From: Actinomycetes bacterium
GTDB lineage: Bacteria > Actinomycetota > Thermoleophilia > BMS3ABIN01
DNA length: 41,352 nucleotides
Assembly: GCA_021790075.1 (NCBI GenBank)
Contig: JAJYIN010000002.1
Location: forward strand, 1-41,352
Direction of reading: 5' to 3'
Below are positions 24,479 through 38,160 of the stretch, piece after piece. The notes under the pieces are model-generated. The model was not told where the DNA came from and ran no database searches. It saw only the letters and a program-made list of their open reading frames with translations. Both the position numbers and the translations under genes were made by a program. How positions within the stretch are numbered: position 1 is the first letter of the stretch; every line of letters begins with the position of its first letter.

Positions 24479-25650
24479 TGCAGGGAACTGGCAGTGCTGG
24501 GAAAAAACGGCTGCGGCTTTTCCTGCGGTGGTTTTTCCGCATCGCGGTCCTCCTGCTGGTCTTTTATGTTCTCAGGTACCGGACCGAGTGGGATGAGTTC
24601 GGCGCTGCCTTTGCCGGTGTTTCCTGGTTCTTTGTCTTCCTGGCGATCCTGGCCAATCTCGCGTCGATCATGCTCAAGGCCGCCAGCTGGAAAGTGATCT
24701 TCGATTTCACTTTTGGATTCAGGGGCCGCTGGCGCGACCTCACCTCGGCGATCATGATCGGCTTTCTGGTGAACGCGCTGGTGCCGGCCCGCATCGGCGA
24801 GCTGGCGCGGGCTTACGTTATCACCAGGCGGCAGGCCATCCGCGGCCATTTCCTCTCGCGGTCGACGGCTTTTGGCACCGTCGTGCTCGAGCGGGTTTTT
24901 GACGGCGTGGCAATGGCTCTGCTCGTCCTGTTCGGCATCACCCGGCTGAACCTGCCCGCCTGGGCTGACCGGGGAGCCATCGCCATACTGATCATCGCCG
25001 CCGCCTTCGGCGCCGCCGTCATCTTCCTGGAGGCAAAAAGGGAGAAGCTGAGGAAGGGAGCCGAGGCGGCCAAGGCGGCCACCCAGGAAAACCATCCCTG
25101 GTGGCGCAAGCAGCTCACCCGGCTGCACGGGGTCGTGGCCCGGTTCAGCGAGGGGCAGCAGGTCCTGAGGAATCCGTTGAGGATCGTGGTCGTCTTTTGC
25201 ACGACCTCGCTCTCGTGGACTTCGCAGCTGGTCGCCGTCTACCTGTCGGTCAGGGCCTTCCATCTGGTCAATCCCAGCGGGAACAGCATCGGCATGTCCG
25301 GAGCGCTCCTGCTGCTCATCCTGATCAACATCGCCGGCGCCTTGCCGGCCACCCCCGGCAATGTCGGCATCTTTCAGCTGGCGACCGTGATTCCGCTGAG
25401 TGTCACCTTCGGGATACCGGAATCCACCGCTCTCGCCTTTTCCATCGGCCTGCAGGCAATCGAGGGGTCGATCGGGCTGGGCCTGGGCAGCCTCTTCCTG
25501 CTCCGGGAGGGCCTTAGCTTCAAGGAAGTCCGGAGCGAAAGCCTGCGGGATAGGGAAGAGATCGAGGAAAAAGGGGAGGAGATACAGGAGGAGATCGAGG
25601 AAGAGATAGCAGGGGAGATAAAGGAAGAGGCTGGGAAACGGGAGAAATAA
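24478..25650 (+). CDS. Lysylphosphatidylglycerol-synthase transmembrane-domain protein (UPF0104, MprF flippase-like) with an acidic repeat tail
   Basis: It has about 8 TM helices and the motif VPARIGELARAYV. The start overlaps the upstream stop as TGATG. The tail reads REEIEEKGEEIQEEIEEEIAGEIKEEAGKREK. Confidence 0.8.
   Translation: MQGTGSAGKKRLRLFLRWFFRIAVLLLVFYVLRYRTEWDEFGAAFAGVSWFFVFLAILANLASIMLKAASWKVIFDFTFGFRGRWRDLTSAIMIGFLVNALVPARIGELARAYVITRRQAIRGHFLSRSTAFGTVVLERVFDGVAMALLVLFGITRLNLPAWADRGAIAILIIAAAFGAAVIFLEAKREKLRKGAEAAKAATQENHPWWRKQLTRLHGVVARFSEGQQVLRNPLRIVVVFCTTSLSWTSQLVAVYLSVRAFHLVNPSGNSIGMSGALLLLILINIAGALPATPGNVGIFQLATVIPLSVTFGIPESTALAFSIGLQAIEGSIGLGLGSLFLLREGLSFKEVRSESLRDREEIEEKGEEIQEEIEEEIAGEIKEEAGKREK
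25545..25650 (+). repeat. Polypurine tract of about 100 nt, low complexity (GAGGAGAT/GAAGAGAT reiterations)
   Basis: The plus strand here is almost exclusively A/G. It encodes the EEI-periodic tail of the flippase-like protein. Confidence 0.7.
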
Positions 25651-25683
25651 GGAAGCCGGGGCTCGAAATCCGTCCTGTCCTGT

Positions 25684-25712
25684 TTGATTTAGGATAGCTA
25701 TTCGCTTACTAT
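25684..25712 (+). promoter_or_regulatory. Candidate promoter for the dehydratase-like operon
   Basis: TTGATT (25684-25689), a 17-nt spacer and TACTAT (25707-25712) sit in a locally AT-rich intergenic patch. Confidence 0.4.
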
Positions 25713-25845
25713 CACTTAATCTTTTGCATCGAAATTGTTTAGGCGCACCTGAAATGGGAATTTTCTTTGCACGAGCATCCGGGCCGGGCGCCCGCTGGTG
25801 CGGGCGGCGCCTGCGTCCTTCGACCATCGAGAATGCCATCTGCTT

Positions 25846-26838
25846 ATGCGTGTAGGAATACCCAGATCACTGCTGTACTACAAATACCTGCCCTTCTGGA
25901 AGACTTTCCTGGCCGGTTGTGGCGCCGACGTGGAAACCTCCCCCCTGACGAACAAGAAGATCCTTTCCTGGGGGGTCGAGGTGGCGGAAAACGAGCTGTG
26001 CGTGCCGGTGAAGGCCTTTTACGGGCATTGCATGGCGCTCCGCGACCGCGTGGACGCTCTGTTCGTGCCCCGGGTCGTCAGCGTCGAAGAGCGCGCCTAT
26101 ACCTGCCCCAAGTTCCTGGGCCTGCCTGACATGATCGCCGCAGTGGCAAACCAGCTGGAGCTGCCACCGCTGCTCACGCCCAAACTGAGCCAGAGGGAAA
26201 AGCCCAGCGAATTCAAGTGGGCGCTGATCAATTTTGCCCAGGACGAGTTCGGCCTCAGCAAGCTTGACGCTGTGGCGGCGCTGGACGCCGCCCGCCGGGC
26301 CCAGAAACGCTACCAGGAAAGCCTGGTGGCCGGGCACAAACCTCTGGATCTGCTCCCCGCCAGCCGCCTCAACCGCACCCGCTGGCGGCCCGAACGGACG
26401 GAAGGAGCCAAGCGCATCGGCCTCCTGGGGCACCCGTACAATATCTACGATGGTTACATCACCCAGAACCTGATCGCCCGCCTGGAGGAGACGGGCGCCG
26501 AGCTGGTGGTGCCCGAGATGACAGACCACCACGTTTTGATGAACGCCGCAACCGACGTTCCCAAGCAGCTCTACTGGACTTATGAAAAGGAGATCATGGG
26601 AGCCATCAACCACTGGACCGAAAACAGGCTGGTTGACGGAGTGGTATACGTGCTGGCTTTCGCCTGCGGCCCCGACTCGCTCGTCCAGGTGCTGATCGAA
26701 CACCGGGCCCGCCAGTACAAGGTGCCGCTGATGGCGCTGACCATCGATGAGCACAGCGGCGAGGCCGGCCTCGTCACCAGAATCGAGGCGTTCACCGACA
26801 TGTTGATGCGCAGGAAGAAGCCGGCGGCTGTAGCGTGA
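25846..26838 (+). CDS. Acyl-CoA dehydratase activase-related protein (DUF2229-type, N-terminal module)
   Basis: MRVGIPRSLLYYKYLPFWKTFLAGCG...ELCVPVKAFYGH...YTCPKFLGLPDM is the typical DUF2229 signature. I chose the start at the internal ATG that begins MRVGIPR. Confidence 0.8.
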   Translation: MRVGIPRSLLYYKYLPFWKTFLAGCGADVETSPLTNKKILSWGVEVAENELCVPVKAFYGHCMALRDRVDALFVPRVVSVEERAYTCPKFLGLPDMIAAVANQLELPPLLTPKLSQREKPSEFKWALINFAQDEFGLSKLDAVAALDAARRAQKRYQESLVAGHKPLDLLPASRLNRTRWRPERTEGAKRIGLLGHPYNIYDGYITQNLIARLEETGAELVVPEMTDHHVLMNAATDVPKQLYWTYEKEIMGAINHWTENRLVDGVVYVLAFACGPDSLVQVLIEHRARQYKVPLMALTIDEHSGEAGLVTRIEAFTDMLMRRKKPAAVA

Positions 26839-28055
26839 ACGCCCTGGCCAGGATACCCGGCAGGCGCCGCGCCGGCGCCGGCGGCGACATCAAGGTGAGC
26901 GCTCCCCACATGGGCAACATGCACCTGTTGCTGGAAGACTTGTTCGGGCGGCTGGGCTGTGAGTACGTGAAGCCGCCCCCCTCATCGATAAAAACCCTGC
27001 AGATAGGCGCAAAACATAGCCCTGAATTCGCCTGTCTGCCGTTGAAGATCAACATCGGCAACTTCATCCAGGCGCTGGACCGGGGAGCAAATACGCTGAC
27101 CATGGCCGGCGGCCACGGCCCCTGCCGCTTTGGTTATTACGGCATCGTCGAGGAGCGCATCCTGCGGGATCTGGGCTACCAGTTCGATTTCCTCATGCTG
27201 GAACCGTTCAGCGACGGCGCCCGCGCTTTTTACCGCACATTCGCCGCGCTGTCCCCGGGGCTGAGCATCCGGAAGCTGTGGAAGATCCTCAAGATGTCTT
27301 TCTCCAAAGGGCGTTCCTTTGACCACCTGCGGAAACGGGCACTGCAGGTGCGGGCCTACGAGGTCAACCGGGGCGACACCACCAAAGCGCTGAAGGCGGC
27401 GGAAGAACTGCTGGCCGGGGCCGTGTCCCCCGAGGAGATCGAGGCGGCTTCAGCCGAGGCCATGGGCATGCTCGACGGCGTCCGCCAGGACCGGGAGCGG
27501 GACGTGCTCAAGGTGGGCATCGTCGGCGAGTTCTACCTCCTGCTGGAGCCGTTCAGCAATTACGACCTGGAAGAGATACTGGGGCACGAAGGCGTCTATC
27601 TGGAGCGCACAGTCTGGGTGACTGACTGGATCGCCCCCCGGCGGGACAACAAGATTTACGGTTTCCCCAAGAAGCTGATCGAGGAAAAGGCGGCCCCGTT
27701 CCTGAACCACAACGTGGGCGGTGAAGGCCGCGAGACAGTGGGCAGCACCGTGCTCTTCGCCGAACGCGGTTTTGATGGCGTCATCCAGCTGCTGCCCTTC
27801 GGCTGCATGCCGGAGAACATCGCCACCAGCATCATTCCCCGGGTCCAGCAGCAGCATGACATCCCGGTGCTGACGCTGGCCTTTGACGAGCAGACCGGCC
27901 GCGCCGGCCTGGTCACCCGCCTGGAAGCCTTCCTCGACCTGTTGATGGCGCGCCGCGGCAGCAGGCTGGTTTCGGCTACGGGAAGCCGGGAAAAAATCAC
28001 TCAGGCTGTGACCCCCGAGTGTGCTGCCTGTGCAGCAAGAGGCGGCTGTAAATGA
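26835..28055 (+). CDS. 2-hydroxyacyl-CoA dehydratase / BCR-family related protein (second DUF2229/HGD-D-like module)
   Basis: PHMGNMHLLLEDLF...SPEFACLPLKINIGNFIQAL...GGHGPCRFGYYG...LPFGCMPE motifs are present. A GTG start overlaps the upstream stop as GTGA. Confidence 0.78.
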   Translation: MNALARIPGRRRAGAGGDIKVSAPHMGNMHLLLEDLFGRLGCEYVKPPPSSIKTLQIGAKHSPEFACLPLKINIGNFIQALDRGANTLTMAGGHGPCRFGYYGIVEERILRDLGYQFDFLMLEPFSDGARAFYRTFAALSPGLSIRKLWKILKMSFSKGRSFDHLRKRALQVRAYEVNRGDTTKALKAAEELLAGAVSPEEIEAASAEAMGMLDGVRQDRERDVLKVGIVGEFYLLLEPFSNYDLEEILGHEGVYLERTVWVTDWIAPRRDNKIYGFPKKLIEEKAAPFLNHNVGGEGRETVGSTVLFAERGFDGVIQLLPFGCMPENIATSIIPRVQQQHDIPVLTLAFDEQTGRAGLVTRLEAFLDLLMARRGSRLVSATGSREKITQAVTPECAACAARGGCK

Positions 28056-28106
28056 CGGGCGCCCTCAAGTATACGCCAGGGCGTGTCTCTGCCAATGGAG
28101 GGAAAA

Positions 28107-29123
28107 ATGACTGAAGCGACAACCAGCTATCTCGGCATCGATGTCGGGTCTGTGAGCACAAATCTGGTGATCCTGGACGAGCACGCCGCCGTGGTGGCCG
28201 CCATTTACCGCCGCACCCAGGGCCAGCCCATCAGGGCGGTCCAGGAGGGCATGAAGGAACTGCTGGAGCTGATCGCCGGCCGGAAGATAGAGATCCAGGG
28301 TGTGGGGGCGACCGGCAGCGCCCGGCACCTGACCGGCGTCATCGTGGGCGCCGACGTGGTCAAGAACGAGATCACCGCGCACGCGGTGGCCGCCTCACAG
28401 GTGGTACCCGATGTCAATACCGTCCTTGAGATCGGCGGCCAGGATTCCAAGCTGATCATCCTGCGCGACGGCGTCGTCACCGACTTCGCCATGAACTCTG
28501 TCTGCGCCGCCGGCACCGGCTCCTTCCTTGACCACCAGTCGGCGCGGCTGGGCATCCCCATCGAAGAGTTCGGCAGCTATGCCGTCAAGTCGGAAAGCCC
28601 GGCCCACATCGCCGGCCGCTGCTCCGTGTTCGCCGAATCGGACATGATCCACAAGCAGCAGGTAGGCGTGGCCACCCCCGATATCATCTATGGCCTCTGC
28701 CACGCCCTGGTGCGCAACTACCTGAACAATCTTGGCAAGGGCAAGGAGCTGCTGGAACCGATGGTGTTCCAGGGAGGCGTGGCCGCCAACGCAGGCATGA
28801 AACGCTCTTTTGAGGACGCCCTGGGAGTCGAGGTCGTGGTGCCCACCTACCATCACGTCATGGGAGCTATCGGCAGCGCCATCCTGGCCATGGAGCTGGA
28901 ACTGGAGCCGGGAGAAACCGCCTTCAAAGGATTCTCGATGAGCGACCTCGTTTACGAGACGTCCACGTTTGTATGTGACGGCTGCTCGAATACCTGCGAG
29001 GTCGTGCGCATCAAGGTGGAAGGCAAGACGCTCGCCCGCTGGGGCGGCCGCTGCGGCAAATGGGAGATGCAAGACGTTGCCGGCCGGGGAGGCCGAAGGG
29101 CGCCGGCAGCGAGCCGCGGCTGA
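28107..29123 (+). CDS. BadF/BadG/BcrA/BcrD-type ATPase (CoA-substrate-specific enzyme activase, HgdC-like)
   Basis: SYLGIDVGSVSTNLVILDE, LEIGGQDSK, CAAGTGSFLD and VFQGGVAAN motifs are present. I chose the start at the ATG at 28107, 4 nt after GGAGGG; the ORF is open from 28083. Confidence 0.88.
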   Translation: MTEATTSYLGIDVGSVSTNLVILDEHAAVVAAIYRRTQGQPIRAVQEGMKELLELIAGRKIEIQGVGATGSARHLTGVIVGADVVKNEITAHAVAASQVVPDVNTVLEIGGQDSKLIILRDGVVTDFAMNSVCAAGTGSFLDHQSARLGIPIEEFGSYAVKSESPAHIAGRCSVFAESDMIHKQQVGVATPDIIYGLCHALVRNYLNNLGKGKELLEPMVFQGGVAANAGMKRSFEDALGVEVVVPTYHHVMGAIGSAILAMELELEPGETAFKGFSMSDLVYETSTFVCDGCSNTCEVVRIKVEGKTLARWGGRCGKWEMQDVAGRGGRRAPAASRG

Positions 29124-29181
29124 AGGTCAATCAAGGAGGATGGTGCTTGAGGGCAGGGCGGGGGGTCCCGTAGCTGGCGGC

Positions 29182-29688
29182 TCAGGCATTCCGCTGCCAG
29201 GCGCCGAAGGCAGCGGCGGCCATCCACACGAAGCCCCAGATCCCGTAGGCGCTCAGGGCGAATCTGAAGGCGAAAGCGGTCAGCGTGAAGCCGGTCACAT
29301 ACGCCCAGATGCCGAAAAAGACCCCCAGCACCGCACACGCTGCGGCCCACGCGGCCAGGCGGGTGCCGTGGTAACGGCCGCTGGCGCGGGAAACCGCCTC
29401 GCCGACGCCGGCCCCCAGCGCGAAGGCGATGATGATGGCGAAAAAGCTGATCATCGAGATCACCAGCGCAAACAGGTAACCGCCGAAAACGGCGGCGACG
29501 ATGCCGATGACCCCCGTCAGCAGCAGCCGGTCCGGTTTCAGCCTTGCCAGCGCCGATTTGGGCATGCGGGCGCAGCTGGGGCACTTGGCGCCGACAGCTG
29601 TGTAAACCATGCAGTCCGGACAGATAGGATCGCCGCAAGCGCTGCAGGTTACCCGGGTTTCTACGGAAGGATGATTGACGCAATACAT
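29182..29688 (-). CDS. Membrane protein with an N-terminal B-box-like zinc ribbon
   Basis: CVNHP...CSACGDPICPDCMVY...CPSC is followed by about 4 TM helices. Confidence 0.55.
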   Translation of the reverse strand: MYCVNHPSVETRVTCSACGDPICPDCMVYTAVGAKCPSCARMPKSALARLKPDRLLLTGVIGIVAAVFGGYLFALVISMISFFAIIIAFALGAGVGEAVSRASGRYHGTRLAAWAAACAVLGVFFGIWAYVTGFTLTAFAFRFALSAYGIWGFVWMAAAAFGAWQRNA

Positions 29689-29714
29689 ACTTTTTTTAGT
29701 TTAACAAATAGCGA

Positions 29715-29739
29715 GGGCGGGCCCTAACCGGACCCGCCC
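29715..29739 (-). terminator. Hairpin terminator candidate after trxA
   Basis: On the minus strand, GGGCGGGTCCGGTTAGGGCCCGCCC is followed by TCGCTATTTGTT. Confidence 0.5.
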
Positions 29740-29764
29740 AAACTGATCGCCATCCTACCTAAGA

Positions 29765-30100
29765 TTAAGTATCTTCGCCAAGCTGGAGTTCCCTTACCAG
29801 CGATTCCTTCGGCAGTGCCCCCACTACCTGTTTTGCCACTTGCCCGTCCTTGAACAGGATCACCGTGGGAATGCTCATGATGTCATAACGCGCAGCGGTC
29901 TCACGGTTGGCGTCCACGTTCAGTTTCGCAACCTTCACGCGCCCCGCATACTCTTGCGCGAGTTCCTCCAGCACTGGAGCCACCATCCGGCACGGCGCAC
30001 ACCACTCGGCCCAAAAATCCACCAGAACGGGCATTTCGGACTTGATCACCTCGTCCTCGAAGTTCGAGTCAGACACCTCAAGCAGAATGTTTGCCGACAT
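29765..30100 (-). CDS. trxA: Thioredoxin
   Basis: It has the [10 protein letters not shown] active site and is 111 aa long. A strong SD AAGGAGGTG precedes it. Confidence 0.92.
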   Translation of the reverse strand: MSANILLEVSDSNFEDEVIKSEMPVLVDFWAEWCAPCRMVAPVLEELAQEYAGRVKVAKLNVDANRETAARYDIMSIPTVILFKDGQVAKQVVGALPKESLVRELQLGEDT

Positions 30101-30287
30101 TCAACACCTCCTTTCCCGATATTGCCCGTCACGCCTTTCTGGGGGCAGGCGCAGACAGGCTGGCGCAAGGGTACCTGGGAACAGGAAGGTCCATCTTTTG
30201 TTCCACAACCTCAGCCTCCGGTTCCTCGGAGCTCCTGCCGCGGACCACGGACAGCGTCCGCAGATTTCCGCTAAGCAGGCTGGCTGG

Positions 30288-31595
<1,308 letters not shown>

Positions 31596-31707
31596 TCAGG
31601 GATATGCCCTCAAGACGTGCCTTGATTCCAAGTTTCAGGCTACGTTGAAATATTCTGAACAGGCTGGCGAATTTGGAAACAATGGAAACGCGCGTCCCCG
31701 GTTCTCC

Positions 31708-32541
31708 CTAAGTGTTTTGCTTTGCCCGCTGATAATATTCCTCCTGCCGCTCCTGGGACAACCGGTCGAACCGCTCCCCGGCGGCCTCGGCCAGGGCCGC
31801 CGCCCGCTCCACACGCTGCTGAAAGCGCCGGGTGGCGCTCCGGAGGGACAGCTCGGGGTCGACTCTCAGCTTGCGGGCCAGGTTGACGACGGCAAACAGC
31901 ATGTCGCCGATCTCGTGATAGGCGCCCGTGTCCGGACCCCGCTTCCTGCCGGTCCCCTCCGGCTGCGGTTCCTCGGCGGCGAGGGCCTGCCTGAGTTCTT
32001 CGGTCTCCTCGTCCAGCTTCTCGAAGACCGGCTCGACACGGTCCCAGTCGAATCCGACGGCGGCGGCGCGCGCCTGGAGCCGCTGCGCGTACAGGGGCGC
32101 GGGCAGGGACTCGGGGATGTCATGGAAGATGCCCTGCCGGCCCTCCTGGTCCCGCTTGACGGCTTCCCAGCGCTCGACCACTTCTGCCGCCGTCTTCGCT
32201 TCGGCCTCGCCGAATACGTGCGGGTGCCGCCGCACCAGCTTCTCGATGATTCCGGAGGTGACAGTGATGAGATTCCCCCAGCCCTTTTCCTCAGCCAGTT
32301 GGGCCAGAAAGAAGATGTGGAACAGCAGGTCGCCCAGCTCGCCGTTGACCTCTTCCCCCCGGCCGGCGTGGGCGGCGTCGATGAGCTCGTAGGTTTCCTC
32401 CAGGGTGTGGGTGACGATATCATCGACGCCCTGTTCGCGGTCCCAGGGACATTCCCGGCGCAGCCGCCGCACGACGCCGTCCAGCTCGAGGAGGATGGCG
32501 GCCAGCTGTCTGTCATCCATTGGCGCCCGGCCCATGTTCAC
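31708..32541 (-). CDS. mazG: Nucleoside triphosphate pyrophosphohydrolase MazG
   Basis: It carries tandem MazG domains with CPWDREQ, EETYELIDA and GDLLFHIFFLA motifs. Confidence 0.9.
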   Translation of the reverse strand: MNMGRAPMDDRQLAAILLELDGVVRRLRRECPWDREQGVDDIVTHTLEETYELIDAAHAGRGEEVNGELGDLLFHIFFLAQLAEEKGWGNLITVTSGIIEKLVRRHPHVFGEAEAKTAAEVVERWEAVKRDQEGRQGIFHDIPESLPAPLYAQRLQARAAAVGFDWDRVEPVFEKLDEETEELRQALAAEEPQPEGTGRKRGPDTGAYHEIGDMLFAVVNLARKLRVDPELSLRSATRRFQQRVERAAALAEAAGERFDRLSQERQEEYYQRAKQNT

Positions 32542-32618
32542 TCAGCCATTCCCTTTCCCTGCCTAAAAGACAAGGGCACGGCGCACCGTGCCCTCGAGAT
32601 ACTTCAGGTCCGCCTCCA

Positions 32619-33638
32619 TCAAGGAGTGGTTGCCGCCGTGGTGGCCAGCCCCCCGGCCGGCGAGGTCGACGCCCCTCCGCCCACGGGCGTGGTCGCGGGC
32701 GCATAACCGTCGGCGTACTCTATCTTGTGCCGGGCCATGGCATCCGACAGCCATTTGTCAAACACGGGCCGCTGCTTTTGCAGAAGCAGTTGTTGTTTAA
32801 GACCATCCTTCACCTCAGCAAAAGTCACCTGGTGCGGCGGGGTGATCTTGTCCACCCGAATGATGTGGTAACCGTATTGCGTCTTTACCGGCCCGGAAGT
32901 CTGCCCGGCCTGGAGCTTATCCATCGCCGCCTCGAACTCGGGAACCATGCCGCTGTTCTTGCTCGGAATCTCCGCCTGGTTCGTGGTGGGATTGTAGAGA
33001 AGCCCGCCCTTGTCCTTGCTGCCGGGATCGATGGAATACTTTGAGGCGAGCGCGGCGAAATCGGCGCCGGCGTCCAGCTGCGCTTTCACATCATTTGCGG
33101 TTTTTTCATCGGCTACGAGGATGTGGCGCACCTGGCGGGTCTCCGGGGCCTGGAAGCTGGGGTCGGACGCATGCTGATTATAGTAGTCCTGCACTTCCTG
33201 ATCGGAAACGGTGACATTCTTGGTGACCTGCTCCAGTACCTTCCGGAAATAGAGATTGTTGCGCACGAAATTCTTGTACCAGTCGAGGTCGATGCCGGCC
33301 TTGTTGAGCGCGTCCTGGAACTGGCTGTCGCCGCCGGCCGTCTGTTTTTGCTTGTCGATGGTGGAGTTGACCTCGTCATCGCTGACGGTAATGTTCATGG
33401 CCGGAGCTTCCAGCGCCAGCACCTCGTTCACCACAAGGATGTTCACGATGGAATCCTGCGGAGCCGGACTGGATGCCGACTGGCTATTGACAAGTTTGGT
33501 CATCTTGTCCAAGTCAGACTTGGTGATGTCATGGCCGTCGACGGTGGCGACGTTATCGCTGGAGCCGCAGCCCGCTGCCAGCAGGACGGCGGCGGTGACG
33601 AGCAGAGCGATGGCAAGTAGCGAGATCTTTTTTATCAT
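32619..33638 (-). CDS. Lipoprotein peptidyl-prolyl isomerase, parvulin type (PrsA/SurA-like), paralogue 1
   Basis: It has the lipobox LLAAGC, a SurA-N-like chaperone region, and a parvulin core (VRHILV...GPVKTQYGYHIIRV). Confidence 0.85.
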   Translation of the reverse strand: MIKKISLLAIALLVTAAVLLAAGCGSSDNVATVDGHDITKSDLDKMTKLVNSQSASSPAPQDSIVNILVVNEVLALEAPAMNITVSDDEVNSTIDKQKQTAGGDSQFQDALNKAGIDLDWYKNFVRNNLYFRKVLEQVTKNVTVSDQEVQDYYNQHASDPSFQAPETRQVRHILVADEKTANDVKAQLDAGADFAALASKYSIDPGSKDKGGLLYNPTTNQAEIPSKNSGMVPEFEAAMDKLQAGQTSGPVKTQYGYHIIRVDKITPPHQVTFAEVKDGLKQQLLLQKQRPVFDKWLSDAMARHKIEYADGYAPATTPVGGGASTSPAGGLATTAATTP

Positions 33639-33728
33639 CAGGTACCCCTAGTACATTTGGCGCCGTGACGGCGGCGCGCCGCTCAACCGGGCCGGAGGAC
33701 ATTGCGTTTATTTATCCATGGAGTGGTT

Positions 33729-34757
33729 CTATGGAGTGGTTGCTCCCTGTGTCTGACCGGGGGCCTGACCGGTGGCGCCTGTACCTGTTCCAGTGGTTCC
33801 GGTCTCGGTCGGCGCGTAATCGTCGCCGTACTGAACCTTGTAATTACCCTTGATGCTGTCATACCAGTTGTTAAATGCGGTTTGCTTGTTGGTCTGCTCC
33901 AGTTGCGACTTGATGTCTTCCTTGACCTGGCCGAAGGGCTGCACGCCCGCCGGGATGATCTGCGTGACGCGGATGATGTAGTAGCCGCTCTTTGTCTTCA
34001 CCGGCCCGGACGTCTGGCCGGCCTGCAGCTGATCCATGGCCGACTCGAACTCGGCGGGATAACCGCTGTTCTGGGAAGGGATCTCGCCCAGGTCGCCGCC
34101 GTTGTTCTTGCTGGAGGCGTCGGTGGAGTACTGCTTGGCCAGAGTGGCGAAGTCGCCGCCCGCGTCCAGTTGCGCTTTGACTTGATTTGCGGTAGCCTGA
34201 TCGGCGACCAGGATGGCCGAGACCTTGCGCGTCTCCGGTTTCTGGAACAGAGCCTGGTTGCTGTTGTAGTAGTTCTGGGCGTCCTGATCGCTGACCGGCG
34301 GCACGTCCTTGGTCACTTGGTCGCTCAGCTTCTGGGCAATGAGGCTGGTGCGGATGAGGTCCTTGAGACGGTCGAGCGTGAGGTTGCGTGAAGTAAGGGT
34401 CTGATTGAACTTGTCCTCGCCGCCGCTCATCTGCTTCAGCTGGTCGATCTGCTGATTGATCTCATCGTCGGTGACGGTGATTCCCCTCTTGTCGGCCTCG
34501 AACAAAACGATCTGCTGCTCGACCAGGCTCTGAACCACCTGCTTCTGGAGCTCCTTGTACTGGGGAGAATCCTGCGACGGAAAACCCTGATCGCCGTACT
34601 GTGACTTGAGATCCTCGATCCGCTTGTCCAGGTCCTCCTTGGTGATCACCTTGTCGTTGACCTGGGCCACCGCGCTTTTCGGCAGCCCGCCGCAGCCGAT
34701 CCACACGGGCACCAGGGCAAGCACGAACAAGACTGCGATCATTTTTTTAATCATCAA
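33729..34757 (-). CDS. Lipoprotein peptidyl-prolyl isomerase, parvulin type (PrsA/SurA-like), paralogue 2
   Basis: It has the lipobox VWIGC and a parvulin core (VSAILV...GPVKTKSGYYIIRV). It is collinear with paralogue 1. Confidence 0.85.
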   Translation of the reverse strand: MMIKKMIAVLFVLALVPVWIGCGGLPKSAVAQVNDKVITKEDLDKRIEDLKSQYGDQGFPSQDSPQYKELQKQVVQSLVEQQIVLFEADKRGITVTDDEINQQIDQLKQMSGGEDKFNQTLTSRNLTLDRLKDLIRTSLIAQKLSDQVTKDVPPVSDQDAQNYYNSNQALFQKPETRKVSAILVADQATANQVKAQLDAGGDFATLAKQYSTDASSKNNGGDLGEIPSQNSGYPAEFESAMDQLQAGQTSGPVKTKSGYYIIRVTQIIPAGVQPFGQVKEDIKSQLEQTNKQTAFNNWYDSIKGNYKVQYGDDYAPTETGTTGTGTGATGQAPGQTQGATTP

Positions 34758-34770
34758 ACAACTCCCGGAA

Positions 34771-38091
<3,321 letters not shown>

Positions 38092-38160
38092 ACGTGGTGT
38101 CTACCCTGAGGAGCCGCAGCCGATGCCTGCGGCCTTAAATTCCAGAATGACAAAAAAGGA

